64,000 nt of DNA, taken from positions 38,767 to 102,766 of the forward strand of contig JBHYGA010000009.1 of the NCBI GenBank assembly GCA_051859245.1, in the 5' to 3' direction. Positions 21,703 through 31,890 of this stretch are shown here, one piece after another. Position 1 is the first letter of the stretch. The number at the start of each line of letters is the position of its first letter. The notes below the pieces were generated by a model. That model was not told where the DNA came from. It ran no database searches and was given only the letters and a program-made list of their open reading frames with translations. The translations under genes were made by a program, and so were the position numbers. The DNA comes from Gemmatimonadaceae bacterium (GTDB lineage: Bacteria > Gemmatimonadota > Gemmatimonadetes > Gemmatimonadales > Gemmatimonadaceae).

Positions 21703-23580
21703 ATGTCGACCAGTACTCTCGTACACGCACGATCGGCCCTGCTCCACCGCCTCACCGACCCTACCGAGGTGGTGCTGTTCGATGGCGCCATGGGAACCAT
21801 GCTGTATGCCCGCGGCGTGTTCATCAATCAGTGTTACGACGAGCTGGTACTGCGCGCCCCGGACCTGGTGCGCGAGGTCCACGCGGCGTACGTGAAGGCT
21901 GGCGCCGAGGTGATCGAGACGAATAGCTACGGAGCGAATCGGCAGAAACTCGCTCAGTACGGGCTGGAATCGCAGGTCAGCGAGCTCAATAAGCGCGCGG
22001 CCGAGCTGGCGCGTGCGGCGGCGGGTGAGGATCGGCTGGTGGCGGGTGCGATCGGGCCGCTGGGGGTGCGACTGGAGCCCTACGGTCCCACCAGCAGAGA
22101 GGAAGCGCGCGCCATGTTCGCCGAACAGGCCGCCGCTTTGCTCGAGGGCGGGGCCGATTGTTTTGTGCTCGAGACGTTTTCCGATCTTGAGGAAATCGAG
22201 CAGGCGATTGCTGGTGTGCGCGAGGCAGCGCCGGGCGTGCCGATTATTGCGCAGATGACCGTTGGCCCCGATTTGCGCACGGCCTACGGTGCGACACCGG
22301 AAGACATTGTGCGCGCCTTGGAGCGCTGGGGCGCCGATGTGGTGGGGCTCAACTGCGCGGTTGGACCGCAAACGATTCTTGAAGCGATTGAGCGCATGGC
22401 CGCGGTGGCGCATGTGAAGCTTTCGGCGCAACCCAACGCCGGACTACCACGTGATGTGGGTGGTCGCAACATGTACATGGCCAGCCCGGAATACATGGCG
22501 ACGTACGCGCGCCATCTGATTCAGGCCGGCGCGAAAATTGTTGGAGGATGTTGCGGTACCACGCCGGAGCACATCCACGCGATCGTGGAGGGTGTGCGTC
22601 CACTCGCGCCGCGTCATCGCGACGCGGTGGTTGCGCGTTCGCGCGATGTCTCGGACGAAACAGGCGTTGGTGTGGAGCCCGTGCCGCTGGCGCAGCGCTC
22701 GCGCTGGGCGGCCAAGATTGCGTCGGGTGCGTTTGTCACGAGCGTGGAAATTGTGCCGCCACGCGGCGTGGATACGTCACGACTGGAACGCGATGCGGCT
22801 ACGCTGCACGCGGCCGGCGTTGATGCGATTAATGTACCCGATGGCCCGCGTGCGCAAAGTCGCATGGGAGCGATTGCTACGTCGCTCATTATTGAGCAGC
22901 GCGTGGGCATTGAAAGCGTTACGCACTATTGCTGTCGCGATCGTAACCTGCTCGGCATGCTCAGCGACTTGCTCGGCGCGAGTGCGCTCGGACTGCGCAA
23001 CATGTTGCTGATTACGGGTGACCCGCCCAAAATGGGGCCGTATCCGGATGCGACTGCCGTATTCGATATTGACGCAATCGGACTCACCAACCTTGTCAGC
23101 AATCTGAATCGCGGGCTTGATCCGGGCGGTAATGCGATCGGTGCCCCCACACAGTTTGCAATTGGTGTGGGTGTAAATCCGGCGGCGATTGATCCGGCGC
23201 ACGAGCTGCGCCGCTTTGAATACAAAGTGCAGGCCGGTGCGGAATACGCGATTACGCAGCCCGTATTTGATGTGGAGCAGCTTGAGCGTTTTCTGAAAAC
23301 GATCGAGCACACGCGCATTCCCATTGTGGCGGGCATCTGGCCGCTGGTGTCGGCGCGTAACGCGGAGTTCCTCGCAAACGAAGTGCCGGGCGTGACGGTG
23401 CCGAAGTCGGTGCTTGATCGCATGCACAAGGCGAATGCGGTGAGCAAGGATCACGCGTTGGCCGAGGGCATAACGATTGCGCGCGAGATGCTGGATCGCG
23501 TGCGCGATCTGGTGCAGGGCGTGCAGGTATCAGCGCCGTTTGGGCGGGTGGAGTTGGCGCTTGAGGTGTTTGGGAAGTAG
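21703..23580 (+). CDS. yitJ: Bifunctional homocysteine S-methyltransferase / methylenetetrahydrofolate reductase (YitJ-like)
   Basis: N-terminal [20 protein letters not shown]-terminal MTHFR: VEIVPP, NVPDGP, HYCCRDRN, ITGDPP, AITQPVFD. Confidence 0.9.
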   Translation: MSTSTLVHARSALLHRLTDPTEVVLFDGAMGTMLYARGVFINQCYDELVLRAPDLVREVHAAYVKAGAEVIETNSYGANRQKLAQYGLESQVSELNKRAAELARAAAGEDRLVAGAIGPLGVRLEPYGPTSREEARAMFAEQAAALLEGGADCFVLETFSDLEEIEQAIAGVREAAPGVPIIAQMTVGPDLRTAYGATPEDIVRALERWGADVVGLNCAVGPQTILEAIERMAAVAHVKLSAQPNAGLPRDVGGRNMYMASPEYMATYARHLIQAGAKIVGGCCGTTPEHIHAIVEGVRPLAPRHRDAVVARSRDVSDETGVGVEPVPLAQRSRWAAKIASGAFVTSVEIVPPRGVDTSRLERDAATLHAAGVDAINVPDGPRAQSRMGAIATSLIIEQRVGIESVTHYCCRDRNLLGMLSDLLGASALGLRNMLLITGDPPKMGPYPDATAVFDIDAIGLTNLVSNLNRGLDPGGNAIGAPTQFAIGVGVNPAAIDPAHELRRFEYKVQAGAEYAITQPVFDVEQLERFLKTIEHTRIPIVAGIWPLVSARNAEFLANEVPGVTVPKSVLDRMHKANAVSKDHALAEGITIAREMLDRVRDLVQGVQVSAPFGRVELALEVFGK

Positions 23581-23583
23581 GCG

Positions 23584-24822
23584 ATGCGCTCCCTTCTCGC
23601 GTACTTCGGCCGGAACATCAACGAGATACGGGACGATCACACGCTGCGCATATACGGCGCCTTTCTGGCGCTGGCTGATGTGCTGCTTGCGTTTCGAAAA
23701 CAGGGCCGGTTTCTGCATGAGGGCGCGGAGATTATCTGCTGGCCGCTCATACCCTCCTGCGAGGCGCTTCGCCTCCCGAGTGAGGCTGCGGCAACACTTC
23801 TGCTCTGGACGTTTTCTGGCGCGGCCGCTGTGGTCGCGCTTCTCTTCCTGCGAAAACGAACTCTCACCGCGGCGTACACCGGGCTGGTTCTGTTGCTGAT
23901 CGTGAAGGTCGCGATCATGGCGATCGATTTTCGAATGCGGCATAACGCGCATTACATGATGACGATCATCATTGGTGCGTTTTTGTTTTTTCCGGCAAAA
24001 CGCGATCTCACGCGGATTCTGCTCGTCCTGTTCTATGTTGCCGCGGGCACGCTCAAACTGAACTGGGAATGGGTGTCGGGTTCCGCAACGGGGCCATTCT
24101 TCATTTTTTCGGGCTCCCTGCTTGTGATCGCCAGCGCCTATGCTGCGTTCATGGAGCTGGTGGTGGTGTGGGGACTGTTCTCGCATCGACGGCTGTTTTT
24201 CTGGGGCGCGATGCTGAACTTGCTCGCCTTTCACCTGGTGAGTTGGCCGCGCGTGGGTTTTTTCTACCCGATGGTGATGTTCTGCTTGCTGGCGATTTTT
24301 CCATTGGTGTGGTTTTCGCGGGTGGAAACACAAAGTCTCGCCCACCGGTTTCGCAGCGGGCAGATCCATCGAGCCACGCCCATTGTCGCCGCAGCATTCT
24401 GCGCGCTACAGGTTGTGCCGTACCTTTACCCCGGCGACGCTCGGATCACGGGTGAGGGGCGGCTCTTTGCGCTGCACATGATTGACGCGCGCGTGATCTG
24501 CACGGCGCGGGCAAGCATCACGCACAACGATGGTTCACAATCCGTTGTGGATTTTCCGTCCACCCGCGAGCGAACGCAGTGTGATCCGATCGTGCTGTAC
24601 AACCGAGCGCGCAATCTGTGCAACAATCGCAGTCCGTACGCCACGAACGTGCGTGATATGCGAATGCAGCTCACGTCCCGCCTGTCAACAAATCCAGTGT
24701 CCGAGACGATTGTTGACGAGCCGGGATTCTGTCAAAGTGGCCTGACCTATCATCCGTTTCGGCACAACGAGTGGATCAAAGGGCGGAGCCGGTGGGCGAG
24801 GCGGGATGTGGCCAAGGGGTGA
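23584..24822 (+). CDS. HTTM-domain / vitamin-K-dependent gamma-carboxylase-like membrane protein
   Basis: Multi-TM. HNAHYMM, YVAAGTLKLNWEWVSG, FHL, GEGRLFALHM resemble HTTM/VKGC motifs. Confidence 0.6.
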   Translation: MRSLLAYFGRNINEIRDDHTLRIYGAFLALADVLLAFRKQGRFLHEGAEIICWPLIPSCEALRLPSEAAATLLLWTFSGAAAVVALLFLRKRTLTAAYTGLVLLLIVKVAIMAIDFRMRHNAHYMMTIIIGAFLFFPAKRDLTRILLVLFYVAAGTLKLNWEWVSGSATGPFFIFSGSLLVIASAYAAFMELVVVWGLFSHRRLFFWGAMLNLLAFHLVSWPRVGFFYPMVMFCLLAIFPLVWFSRVETQSLAHRFRSGQIHRATPIVAAAFCALQVVPYLYPGDARITGEGRLFALHMIDARVICTARASITHNDGSQSVVDFPSTRERTQCDPIVLYNRARNLCNNRSPYATNVRDMRMQLTSRLSTNPVSETIVDEPGFCQSGLTYHPFRHNEWIKGRSRWARRDVAKG

Positions 24823-24885
24823 GAACTGAACAACTTTGCCGTGTGCGTGCCATCCCTGAGCTCTGCGTGAAGCTGACCGAGATGC

Positions 24886-25569
24886 TCAACCCGCTTGAAT
24901 TTGTGTGCAACCTCTGCGCCGCAGCAGGCCCACCAGCACCGGGATCAACCCGATGAGCAGCAACGCCATCGAAGAAGGTTCGGGAACGACGTACTTGAGC
25001 TCAAACCTGAGATCGAAATCGTAGACGTTGTATCCATCTCCAGCCGTTCCTCCAGAATACACGTCGCCTACTGTGATCTCAGTCCGCCAAGGCTCGTAAA
25101 CAGTGGGATCACTTGAAAAAATTGCGTCGCACAATGGCGTCCGCTCTGATTCGCCCGGATAGTACCCGCAACCATCGGAGTAAATGAAGAAGGAGTACGT
25201 CTCACCCTTCTTTAGGCGCAGCGACTGCGGCAAGCGGACATCGAGGCGGCCTTGGTGGGCCGGAAAAAGCCCGCGACTGTACTCGTCAGACCACGTTTCT
25301 CCCGTGCCTGGTCCAAAGAAGAGCTTTCCCTGCCATAGGTTAAGCACGCCACCATCGTCGTATTGCACCGGTGCATGGAACCAAAGAGAAATACTGCGTA
25401 GCCTTGCCGCTTTGGCTACGAACGACTGGCCGAACAGACTGCTCATTTCTGCAAGCTGAATTTCTTCGGAAAGCTCGTTGGCCGTGCCATCGATCAACAC
25501 TTCTTGCGCGCCAGCTGTAACCGGGAGTGACACGATCAAAACTGCAAGTACAAGGTTCGAAAATCTCAC
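24886..25569 (-). CDS. PEP-CTERM sorting domain protein
   Basis: Signal peptide (..VTAGA-QE). C-terminal VPEPSSMALLLIGLIPVLVGLLRRR. GGAG RBS before GTG 25569. Confidence 0.9.
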   Translation of the reverse strand: MRFSNLVLAVLIVSLPVTAGAQEVLIDGTANELSEEIQLAEMSSLFGQSFVAKAARLRSISLWFHAPVQYDDGGVLNLWQGKLFFGPGTGETWSDEYSRGLFPAHQGRLDVRLPQSLRLKKGETYSFFIYSDGCGYYPGESERTPLCDAIFSSDPTVYEPWRTEITVGDVYSGGTAGDGYNVYDFDLRFELKYVVPEPSSMALLLIGLIPVLVGLLRRRGCTQIQAG

Positions 25570-25724
25570 TGCGGACTCCAAGAAGAATAGGATCTCCGCG
25601 ACCTTGCTTGACGACAGGTAGTCGCCAGGCGGAGAAGTTCGGCAGCGACGAGCGCAACTTCCGTGCGGCTGCAACTTCTGTCAAGCGAGCACGAGTGTGT
25701 GACCGACCTGTTATGAAGTGCGCG

Positions 25725-26786
25725 TCAGAACCTCAGCGTTGCCACAACTGGCCTGTGCTCCGTCGGCCAGTCCCACTCTGTATCAAGCGCAACAGGCTGC
25801 ATACCCGCTCCCGTGAGCACATGGTCAATTCGAAGGCGATGTATACCAGCTTGCATGGTATGACCAAAACCTGAACTGGTCGCACGAAACGCGTTTGTGT
25901 AGCTGGCGAAATACCGCTGATAAATCTGGCTTTCTTCGAGCGTGTTGAAGTCGCCAGCAATCACCAGCGGCTCGTTAATGCCCTGCAGGTAGCGCGACAG
26001 CTTATCCGCCTGCTGCATGCGGGCGATGATGGAGTTCTCCAGTTTGGTGAAGTCCATCTTGAGCGCGGCCGACAACTCGCGCCTCGGCGACGCGAGGTGC
26101 ACCGCGACAACGGATACCGTGTCGCCTCCCATCTGCACACGCACATGCACGGCGTAGGCGGGTTTCCCTGCGAAGCGCGGTGGATTCAACGGAATCAGTT
26201 TGCCACCAACCAGCGGATGCTTCGAGGCAATGCAGAACTCGCCCACCTTGATGCCCTTGTAGTCCGCACCAGTCGAGCGTTCCAGAATGGACGCTGCCGG
26301 ATCCCCGCAAGCCTGAAACACAATCACATCGGCCGACCAGCGAGGCACCGCGAGACCGAACAGGATGTCGAGGTCGTCGGCATAATCCACGTTGAAGGAA
26401 ACAATCCGCAGCGTTCGCGCTTCTGAGGTGGCATTTGCCGTACTTACCAACCCGCCAGACGACGGCAAACTGAAACTCGAAAACGCCAGCAAGCTGAATG
26501 CCGCCATCCCCAGCGACGCCACCACCCACCGCCAGCCGAGCACACTCATCAACACCGCACTCATCAGCCACACCACCGGCACAAAACGCCGCGGACCGTA
26601 CACCAGCAGCGTGCCCGCTGTGGTCTGGTCGGCGCCGGTGTGCAGGATGTAGGTGGCCACCACAGTACACACCGCAGCCAGCACAAAGAGCGCCATGAGT
26701 GGCGCACGGATGTGCAGCGGACGACGATGTTTGGTGCGGCGATTGCGTTCAGGCGCGAGTTCGCGCGGTGGTGCAGTAGTAGTCAC
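25725..26786 (-). CDS. Membrane-anchored endonuclease/exonuclease/phosphatase family protein
   Basis: N-terminal TMs, LRIVSFNV, VHLASP, AGDFN, RIDHVL, TEHRPV. Confidence 0.85.
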   Translation of the reverse strand: MTTTAPPRELAPERNRRTKHRRPLHIRAPLMALFVLAAVCTVVATYILHTGADQTTAGTLLVYGPRRFVPVVWLMSAVLMSVLGWRWVVASLGMAAFSLLAFSSFSLPSSGGLVSTANATSEARTLRIVSFNVDYADDLDILFGLAVPRWSADVIVFQACGDPAASILERSTGADYKGIKVGEFCIASKHPLVGGKLIPLNPPRFAGKPAYAVHVRVQMGGDTVSVVAVHLASPRRELSAALKMDFTKLENSIIARMQQADKLSRYLQGINEPLVIAGDFNTLEESQIYQRYFASYTNAFRATSSGFGHTMQAGIHRLRIDHVLTGAGMQPVALDTEWDWPTEHRPVVATLRF

Positions 26787-26890
26787 AGCGAAGAATCAAC
26801 GAGAGGACACATATCGCACCAGTACCCCGCGCGCCTGCCCTCAGTGCCACGTTGTGTCACGCCGCACCACTAAACAGCGGCTCGTGCGAG

Positions 26891-29008
26891 TTACTCCACC
26901 CGCACAATCGCCAGGCGAATCGCGCCACTCACCGCACCGCCCTGCGCACCACGCAGCTCCACCAGCTGACTGCCACCGGCGGCGATGGCGGTTTCCAGGT
27001 AACTGGCTGAAAACCCGCGCAACTGCGGAACCGCCACCTGCGCGTCGCCGGTGATCTGACGCACGCGCAACGGCTGCGCACTGTAACGGCCGCCGTTCAT
27101 GGCGTTCAAACCAGCCATCAGCTCCGGCACGTTCCAGCTCGGGAACGTGAGGGTGCGCCGAGCTGGCGTAAAGCCGGCGCGATCGTCCACCGCATTAGCG
27201 AGCGCCCAGTCGGCCAGCAACTCAGCCACCGGGCGACCGGTGCGCGCGGCTAGTGCATTCATGCCCGTTGCCGCGCCGCCCTTGATGAGATCACGCAGGA
27301 ACGCGCCTTCGTTGGCCGCGTAGTGATCCACGGCCCAACGCACCAGCGACCAGCCACTGGCGTAATACGTGAAGTCACCGGCGGCTGCGCGGCCGAGCGG
27401 CGACAGCGTGTCGACGCCCGCGAAGTAATCGTGCAACACCGGCACGTGCTTCCACATCACGAGCGGCTGATCGTTGCACTGATACACCTCGCAGTGCAAA
27501 CCCTCCGTCCAGCCGGCGTTGCTCTTCCACGCGGTGGCACCGTTGGAGAACGTGCGGCCGTACAACTCTTCGGCAATACGCGCCGTCGCTTCTTCCATCC
27601 ACGGTTCTTCGAGTGGCGTATTGCTCGCCATACGCTCGGCGAACGCGGCCAGATGTTTGGCTTCGTGCATGACGGTGGACCGCATGCTGCGACGCCACGC
27701 GCTCACCGTTTCACCGGCGTGCGGTACACGCGCGTAAAAGATTTCGTCTTCGTTGCTGGTGGCGATTGTGGTGCGAGGATACAGGTTACAACTCGTGACA
27801 TAACCCGCCGTGCCGGCCGCGGAATCATTCACAAAACGCGTGAACAGCATGGTCACACGGCCGTCGCCGCCCATGTTGCGATCGAGCGCCAACGGGTCAC
27901 CAATCTGTTCGGCGAGCAACGGATACATCACCGCGTCAAACTCCTGACCGAGGGCGCGATACTCCGCGTCCATGGTGCCGGCGCGGGGTGACGCCACGTC
28001 TTCAAGCACCACCGCGCGCGTTCCCGCGTATACCACACGTGCGTTCACGCGCGCACTCGACGAACAGCTGGTGTACATGGCGTTGAGCGACACCGTCTGA
28101 CCAGCCATCATGGGCGCACGCGACATGGCAAACGCACCACGACGCGCTGTTTCATCACGCCACGCTGGCACCGCCGCACGCGTGCGCGACGCCAGCTGCG
28201 CCTGACGCTCCAGGTGTTCGGCGTGGTGATCGTGCGTGGGGTTCAGGTCGGTTTGCGACAAACCGTGCGCCTTGGCACCGAACGATCCAGCGAACGATCC
28301 AGCGGGCGATGTGCCAAATGTCGCACCCGACGAAAAACCACTCATCATGGGTGCGGCAACAAACGCTGACGCCGGACTCGCCGCCGAACGCACCTCGAAT
28401 CCCGTGCTCGCAGCCACATCCTGACTGGTGTTGATCACCGCCATGGTGTACCGCGCCGCATCACCCGCTGGCGCCACGAACTCGGTGCACGCCGCGCTGT
28501 GTTCATTCAACAGGTTGACCGATTCACCGCGGGCGAGCTGCACACGCGTCGCCACGCGAACAATCACCGAGCGTTCTTCGGAGCGACCGTTTGAGGTCAC
28601 ACGAAGCGACTGCGGACCCGTACGCAGACACGGCAATGCGCCCGCGAGCGGGACGCGCACTTCGAGACGCGTGGGTGTGGCCGAAATCACCGACACGGCC
28701 GCGTTGCTGAGCGTGACTGTGTTGCCAGAAGCCGCCGCAGAAAAACCCGAACCTTCGAAAACAATTGTGCTGCCGGCGAGCACCGTATCCGGCGCTATCA
28801 CTCGCGAGACAACCACCGGTTGTACCGTAGCGGGAGGCGTTGGCAGCGAAGGTTGCGTGGGCGCCGCAGCGATGGGCGCCGTTGCGTCACCACTGTTGCA
28901 GGCACCCCACAGAAATGGGCCGAACACCATCACAGCCCCGGCACGAAGCACACGGCCAAATTGGCGTGCTCCTTTGCAAGTGCTTGTATTTGTTGGTGTT
29001 ACAGACAT
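26891..29008 (-). CDS. IPT/TIG-domain lipoprotein with zinc metallopeptidase (HExxH, M30-like) domain
   Basis: Lipobox-like LWGAC, IPT motif (GSTIVFEGSGFS...VISATPTRLEVRVP), HEAKH...WMEEATA. Confidence 0.72.
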   Translation of the reverse strand: MSVTPTNTSTCKGARQFGRVLRAGAVMVFGPFLWGACNSGDATAPIAAAPTQPSLPTPPATVQPVVVSRVIAPDTVLAGSTIVFEGSGFSAAASGNTVTLSNAAVSVISATPTRLEVRVPLAGALPCLRTGPQSLRVTSNGRSEERSVIVRVATRVQLARGESVNLLNEHSAACTEFVAPAGDAARYTMAVINTSQDVAASTGFEVRSAASPASAFVAAPMMSGFSSGATFGTSPAGSFAGSFGAKAHGLSQTDLNPTHDHHAEHLERQAQLASRTRAAVPAWRDETARRGAFAMSRAPMMAGQTVSLNAMYTSCSSSARVNARVVYAGTRAVVLEDVASPRAGTMDAEYRALGQEFDAVMYPLLAEQIGDPLALDRNMGGDGRVTMLFTRFVNDSAAGTAGYVTSCNLYPRTTIATSNEDEIFYARVPHAGETVSAWRRSMRSTVMHEAKHLAAFAERMASNTPLEEPWMEEATARIAEELYGRTFSNGATAWKSNAGWTEGLHCEVYQCNDQPLVMWKHVPVLHDYFAGVDTLSPLGRAAAGDFTYYASGWSLVRWAVDHYAANEGAFLRDLIKGGAATGMNALAARTGRPVAELLADWALANAVDDRAGFTPARRTLTFPSWNVPELMAGLNAMNGGRYSAQPLRVRQITGDAQVAVPQLRGFSASYLETAIAAGGSQLVELRGAQGGAVSGAIRLAIVRVE

Positions 29009-29227
29009 TCAGGGAACCGTTACGGGTGAGGTCAACTTCCTTACACCCGTGCTAATGGTGCAATCGAGGTGCCGAACTCAGCCGTAAATGGTGATCCCCG
29101 TCCCGAACTGCCGGTCGAAAGCGAACTCGTCTGGCGCGTCACGCTTTCGTCAACTCATCCCCTCCGTTTGTTTCACACAGCACCGTTTTGCACTCCCCCC
29201 ACTTGGCTTCACCCGGAAGACCGCCTT

Positions 29228-30391
29228 ATGCCCAGCTCTGAAACCGCGCGACCGCCGCTCACCCTGCTCTCCGACGAGGAGGAGCTCTTTCGCGCCGCCG
29301 TTTACGAATTCGCCGATACCGTGGTGCGACCGCGCGTGAGCGACATGGAAACGGCTGGCAAGATCGACCCGGCTATCACGCAGCAGTGCTTTGATATGGG
29401 ACTCATGGGCGTTGAGATCCCGGAAGCACTCGGTGGCGCGGGCGGTTCGTTGTTCATGACCACGCTGGCGGTGGAATCACTGAGCCGAGTGGACGCGAGC
29501 GCGGCCATTCAGGTGGACGTGCAGAACACGCTCGTGAACTATCCGATTCATGCGTACGGCACGGAAGCACAACGCGCGCAGTGGTTGCCGGAGCTCACAA
29601 GTCGCACGATTGGTGCCTACGCGCTCAGTGAACCAGGATCGGGCTCTGACGCCTTTGCCCTGTCAACACGCGCCGAGAAAGTGGACGGCGGATGGAAACT
29701 CACCGGTTCAAAAGCGTGGATCACGAACGGCGCTGAAGCCGAAGTGTTTGTAGTGTTTGCCACCGTTGATCCAGACAAGGGCTACAAGGGAATCACGGCG
29801 TTCATTGTGCGTCGTGATGCGCCGGGTTTTTCCGTTGGCAAGAAGGAAGACAAACTCGGCATTCGCGCGTCGAGCACCACGGCACTGCACTTTGAGCAGT
29901 GTTTTGTGCCGGACAATCAGGTACTCGGCGAAGTTGGAGTTGGCTACAAGATTGCCATTGATACGCTCAACGGTGGACGCATTGGCATTGGTGCGCAAAT
30001 GATCGGCATTGCGCAGGGTGCGCTTGATGCGAGCGTGGCGTATTTGAAAGAACGCAAACAGTTCGGCAAATCACTGGCCGAGTTCCAGGGCATTCAGTTT
30101 CAGGTGGCACAAGCCGCCACCGAACTTGAGGCAGCGCGTTTGCTCGTGTACAACACCGCGCGACTGCGTGACGCTGGCATGGACATTGTGCGCGAAGGCG
30201 CAATGGCCAAACTGTACGCGTCGCAAATGTGTGCGCGGGTAACGTCGTTGTGCGTGGAGTTGTTTGGCGGGTACGGATACACGCGAGACTATCCGGTAGA
30301 AAAGTTCTACCGCGATGCGAAAATTGGCACCATTTACGAGGGCACCAGCAACATGCAGCTGCAAACGATTGCCAAGAGTGTGCTTCGCTAA
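29228..30391 (+). CDS. Acyl-CoA dehydrogenase (short/branched-chain type)
   Basis: YALSEPGSGSD, KAWITN, KLGIRASST, GGRIGIGAQ, RKQFGK, GGYGY, IYEGTSNMQ. Confidence 0.95.
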   Translation: MPSSETARPPLTLLSDEEELFRAAVYEFADTVVRPRVSDMETAGKIDPAITQQCFDMGLMGVEIPEALGGAGGSLFMTTLAVESLSRVDASAAIQVDVQNTLVNYPIHAYGTEAQRAQWLPELTSRTIGAYALSEPGSGSDAFALSTRAEKVDGGWKLTGSKAWITNGAEAEVFVVFATVDPDKGYKGITAFIVRRDAPGFSVGKKEDKLGIRASSTTALHFEQCFVPDNQVLGEVGVGYKIAIDTLNGGRIGIGAQMIGIAQGALDASVAYLKERKQFGKSLAEFQGIQFQVAQAATELEAARLLVYNTARLRDAGMDIVREGAMAKLYASQMCARVTSLCVELFGGYGYTRDYPVEKFYRDAKIGTIYEGTSNMQLQTIAKSVLR

Positions 30392-31882
30392 ATGAGACAC
30401 CTCACGCTTGGTTTCGCGTTGGTCGCTGCGGCGACAACATCCGTCGGTGCGCAGGGCACAAGTGCAACGCGCGCCGGCGCCGTTGTGATTACTGAGTCGG
30501 AACGGCCGGCGTCGATCAGCGCGACGGAGTTCATTGCGCGCCGTCAGAAACTCGCGTCCAAACTGCCCGACGGTGTGTTTCTCGCGCTTGGCGCGGGTGA
30601 GCCGCGCGTGGACTACCTGTCGTTCTTTCAGATTCCCGTGTTCCGCTATCTCACGGGCGTGCTGGAGCCGGAAGCGGCACTTGTGATGCAGGTAAAAGAC
30701 GGTCAGGACGCAGGCAGCACGCTGTTTGTGCAACGCCGCGATCCGTCGCGCGAAGTGTGGAGCGGCAAACGCATGGGGCCCGATGGCGCGTCGTCACGTT
30801 ACGCCACACCAGCTCGCCCACGCGATGAGCTCGATGCAGTGCTCGACTCGCTGATCGCGGCGGGGCATGCGCTGCAGGTCGTGGGCGATCTGGGGGTTGA
30901 TCCCACCAAGACCACGGAACACGATCAGTATCTGGCCCGACTGCGCGCGCGTCACGAGGGGTTGAACGTGACCACCGCCACCGGCAAGGTGGCCGAACTG
31001 CGCGCGTACAAGAGTGAGGCCGAGCTGGCGCTCATCAAACGCGCCACGGAGCTCACCGTGGCGGCGCACAAGGAAGTGGCCATGGTGATCACACCCGGTG
31101 GCCATGAATACGAAGTGCAGGCCATGGCGGAATACGTGTTCCGTCGCGGCGGTGCGGAGCGGCCGTCGTTTGCCACGATTGTGGGCACGGGCGAGAACAG
31201 CACCGTTCTGCACTACAATACCAACGACGCCCCCCTCAAGCCGGGCGACATGGTGGTGGTGGATATCGGGGCCAGTTTTGATGGCTACGCTGCCGACATG
31301 ACCCGCAGCTACCCAGTGAACGGCACGTTTTCACCGGCACAGCGCGAGATTTATCAGATTGTGCGCGACGCGCAGGCCGCGGCGGAACGTGAGGCGGTGA
31401 ATGGCGCGCCGGCGCGGCGCATGAACGAGGCGGCGTCCGCTTCCATGGCGCGCGGGCTGGCAAAACTTGGGCTGATCGACTCGGTAGGCGCGACCTACGA
31501 CTGCGGCGACGACGGCAAGCGTCAGTGTTCGCAGCTGTCGATGTTCTATCTGCACGGCCTCGGACACGGCATCGGGCTCGAAGTACACGATCCGGATCGG
31601 TATTACTACGAGCAGAAGCTCGGCCCTGGGAGTGTGTTCACGATTGAACCTGGGGTGTACGTGCGCGCGAATCTGGCGGAGCTGCTGCCAGCCACGGAGC
31701 GCAACGCACCGTTGATCTCCCGTTTGCGCACGCTGCTGGGCACGTACGCGAACATCGGCGTTCGCATTGAAGACGATTATCTTGTGACAGAATCCGGACT
31801 GCAGTGGCTGACCAGGAGCCCGCGAGAGATTCCGGAAATCGAAGCGGCCATGGCAGCACGAAAAGGCCGGTCCACCATGTAG
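30392..31882 (+). CDS. Xaa-Pro aminopeptidase (M24B) with signal peptide
   Basis: RYLTG, LHY, DIGA, ADMTR, HGLGHGIGLEVHD, TIEPG, RIEDD. Confidence 0.92.
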   Translation: MRHLTLGFALVAAATTSVGAQGTSATRAGAVVITESERPASISATEFIARRQKLASKLPDGVFLALGAGEPRVDYLSFFQIPVFRYLTGVLEPEAALVMQVKDGQDAGSTLFVQRRDPSREVWSGKRMGPDGASSRYATPARPRDELDAVLDSLIAAGHALQVVGDLGVDPTKTTEHDQYLARLRARHEGLNVTTATGKVAELRAYKSEAELALIKRATELTVAAHKEVAMVITPGGHEYEVQAMAEYVFRRGGAERPSFATIVGTGENSTVLHYNTNDAPLKPGDMVVVDIGASFDGYAADMTRSYPVNGTFSPAQREIYQIVRDAQAAAEREAVNGAPARRMNEAASASMARGLAKLGLIDSVGATYDCGDDGKRQCSQLSMFYLHGLGHGIGLEVHDPDRYYYEQKLGPGSVFTIEPGVYVRANLAELLPATERNAPLISRLRTLLGTYANIGVRIEDDYLVTESGLQWLTRSPREIPEIEAAMAARKGRSTM

Positions 31883-31890
31883 CGAACACC

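Noticed and set aside
21505..22431. 308-aa antisense ORF and similar long antisense ORFs elsewhere (e.g. 43548..44501, 54397..55491)
   Set aside because: Antisense shadows of well-supported genes, typical of high-GC DNA
28279..28304. 12-bp tandem duplication CGAACGATCCAG x2
   Set aside because: In-frame AGSF-AGSF in a low-complexity linker, with no further structure
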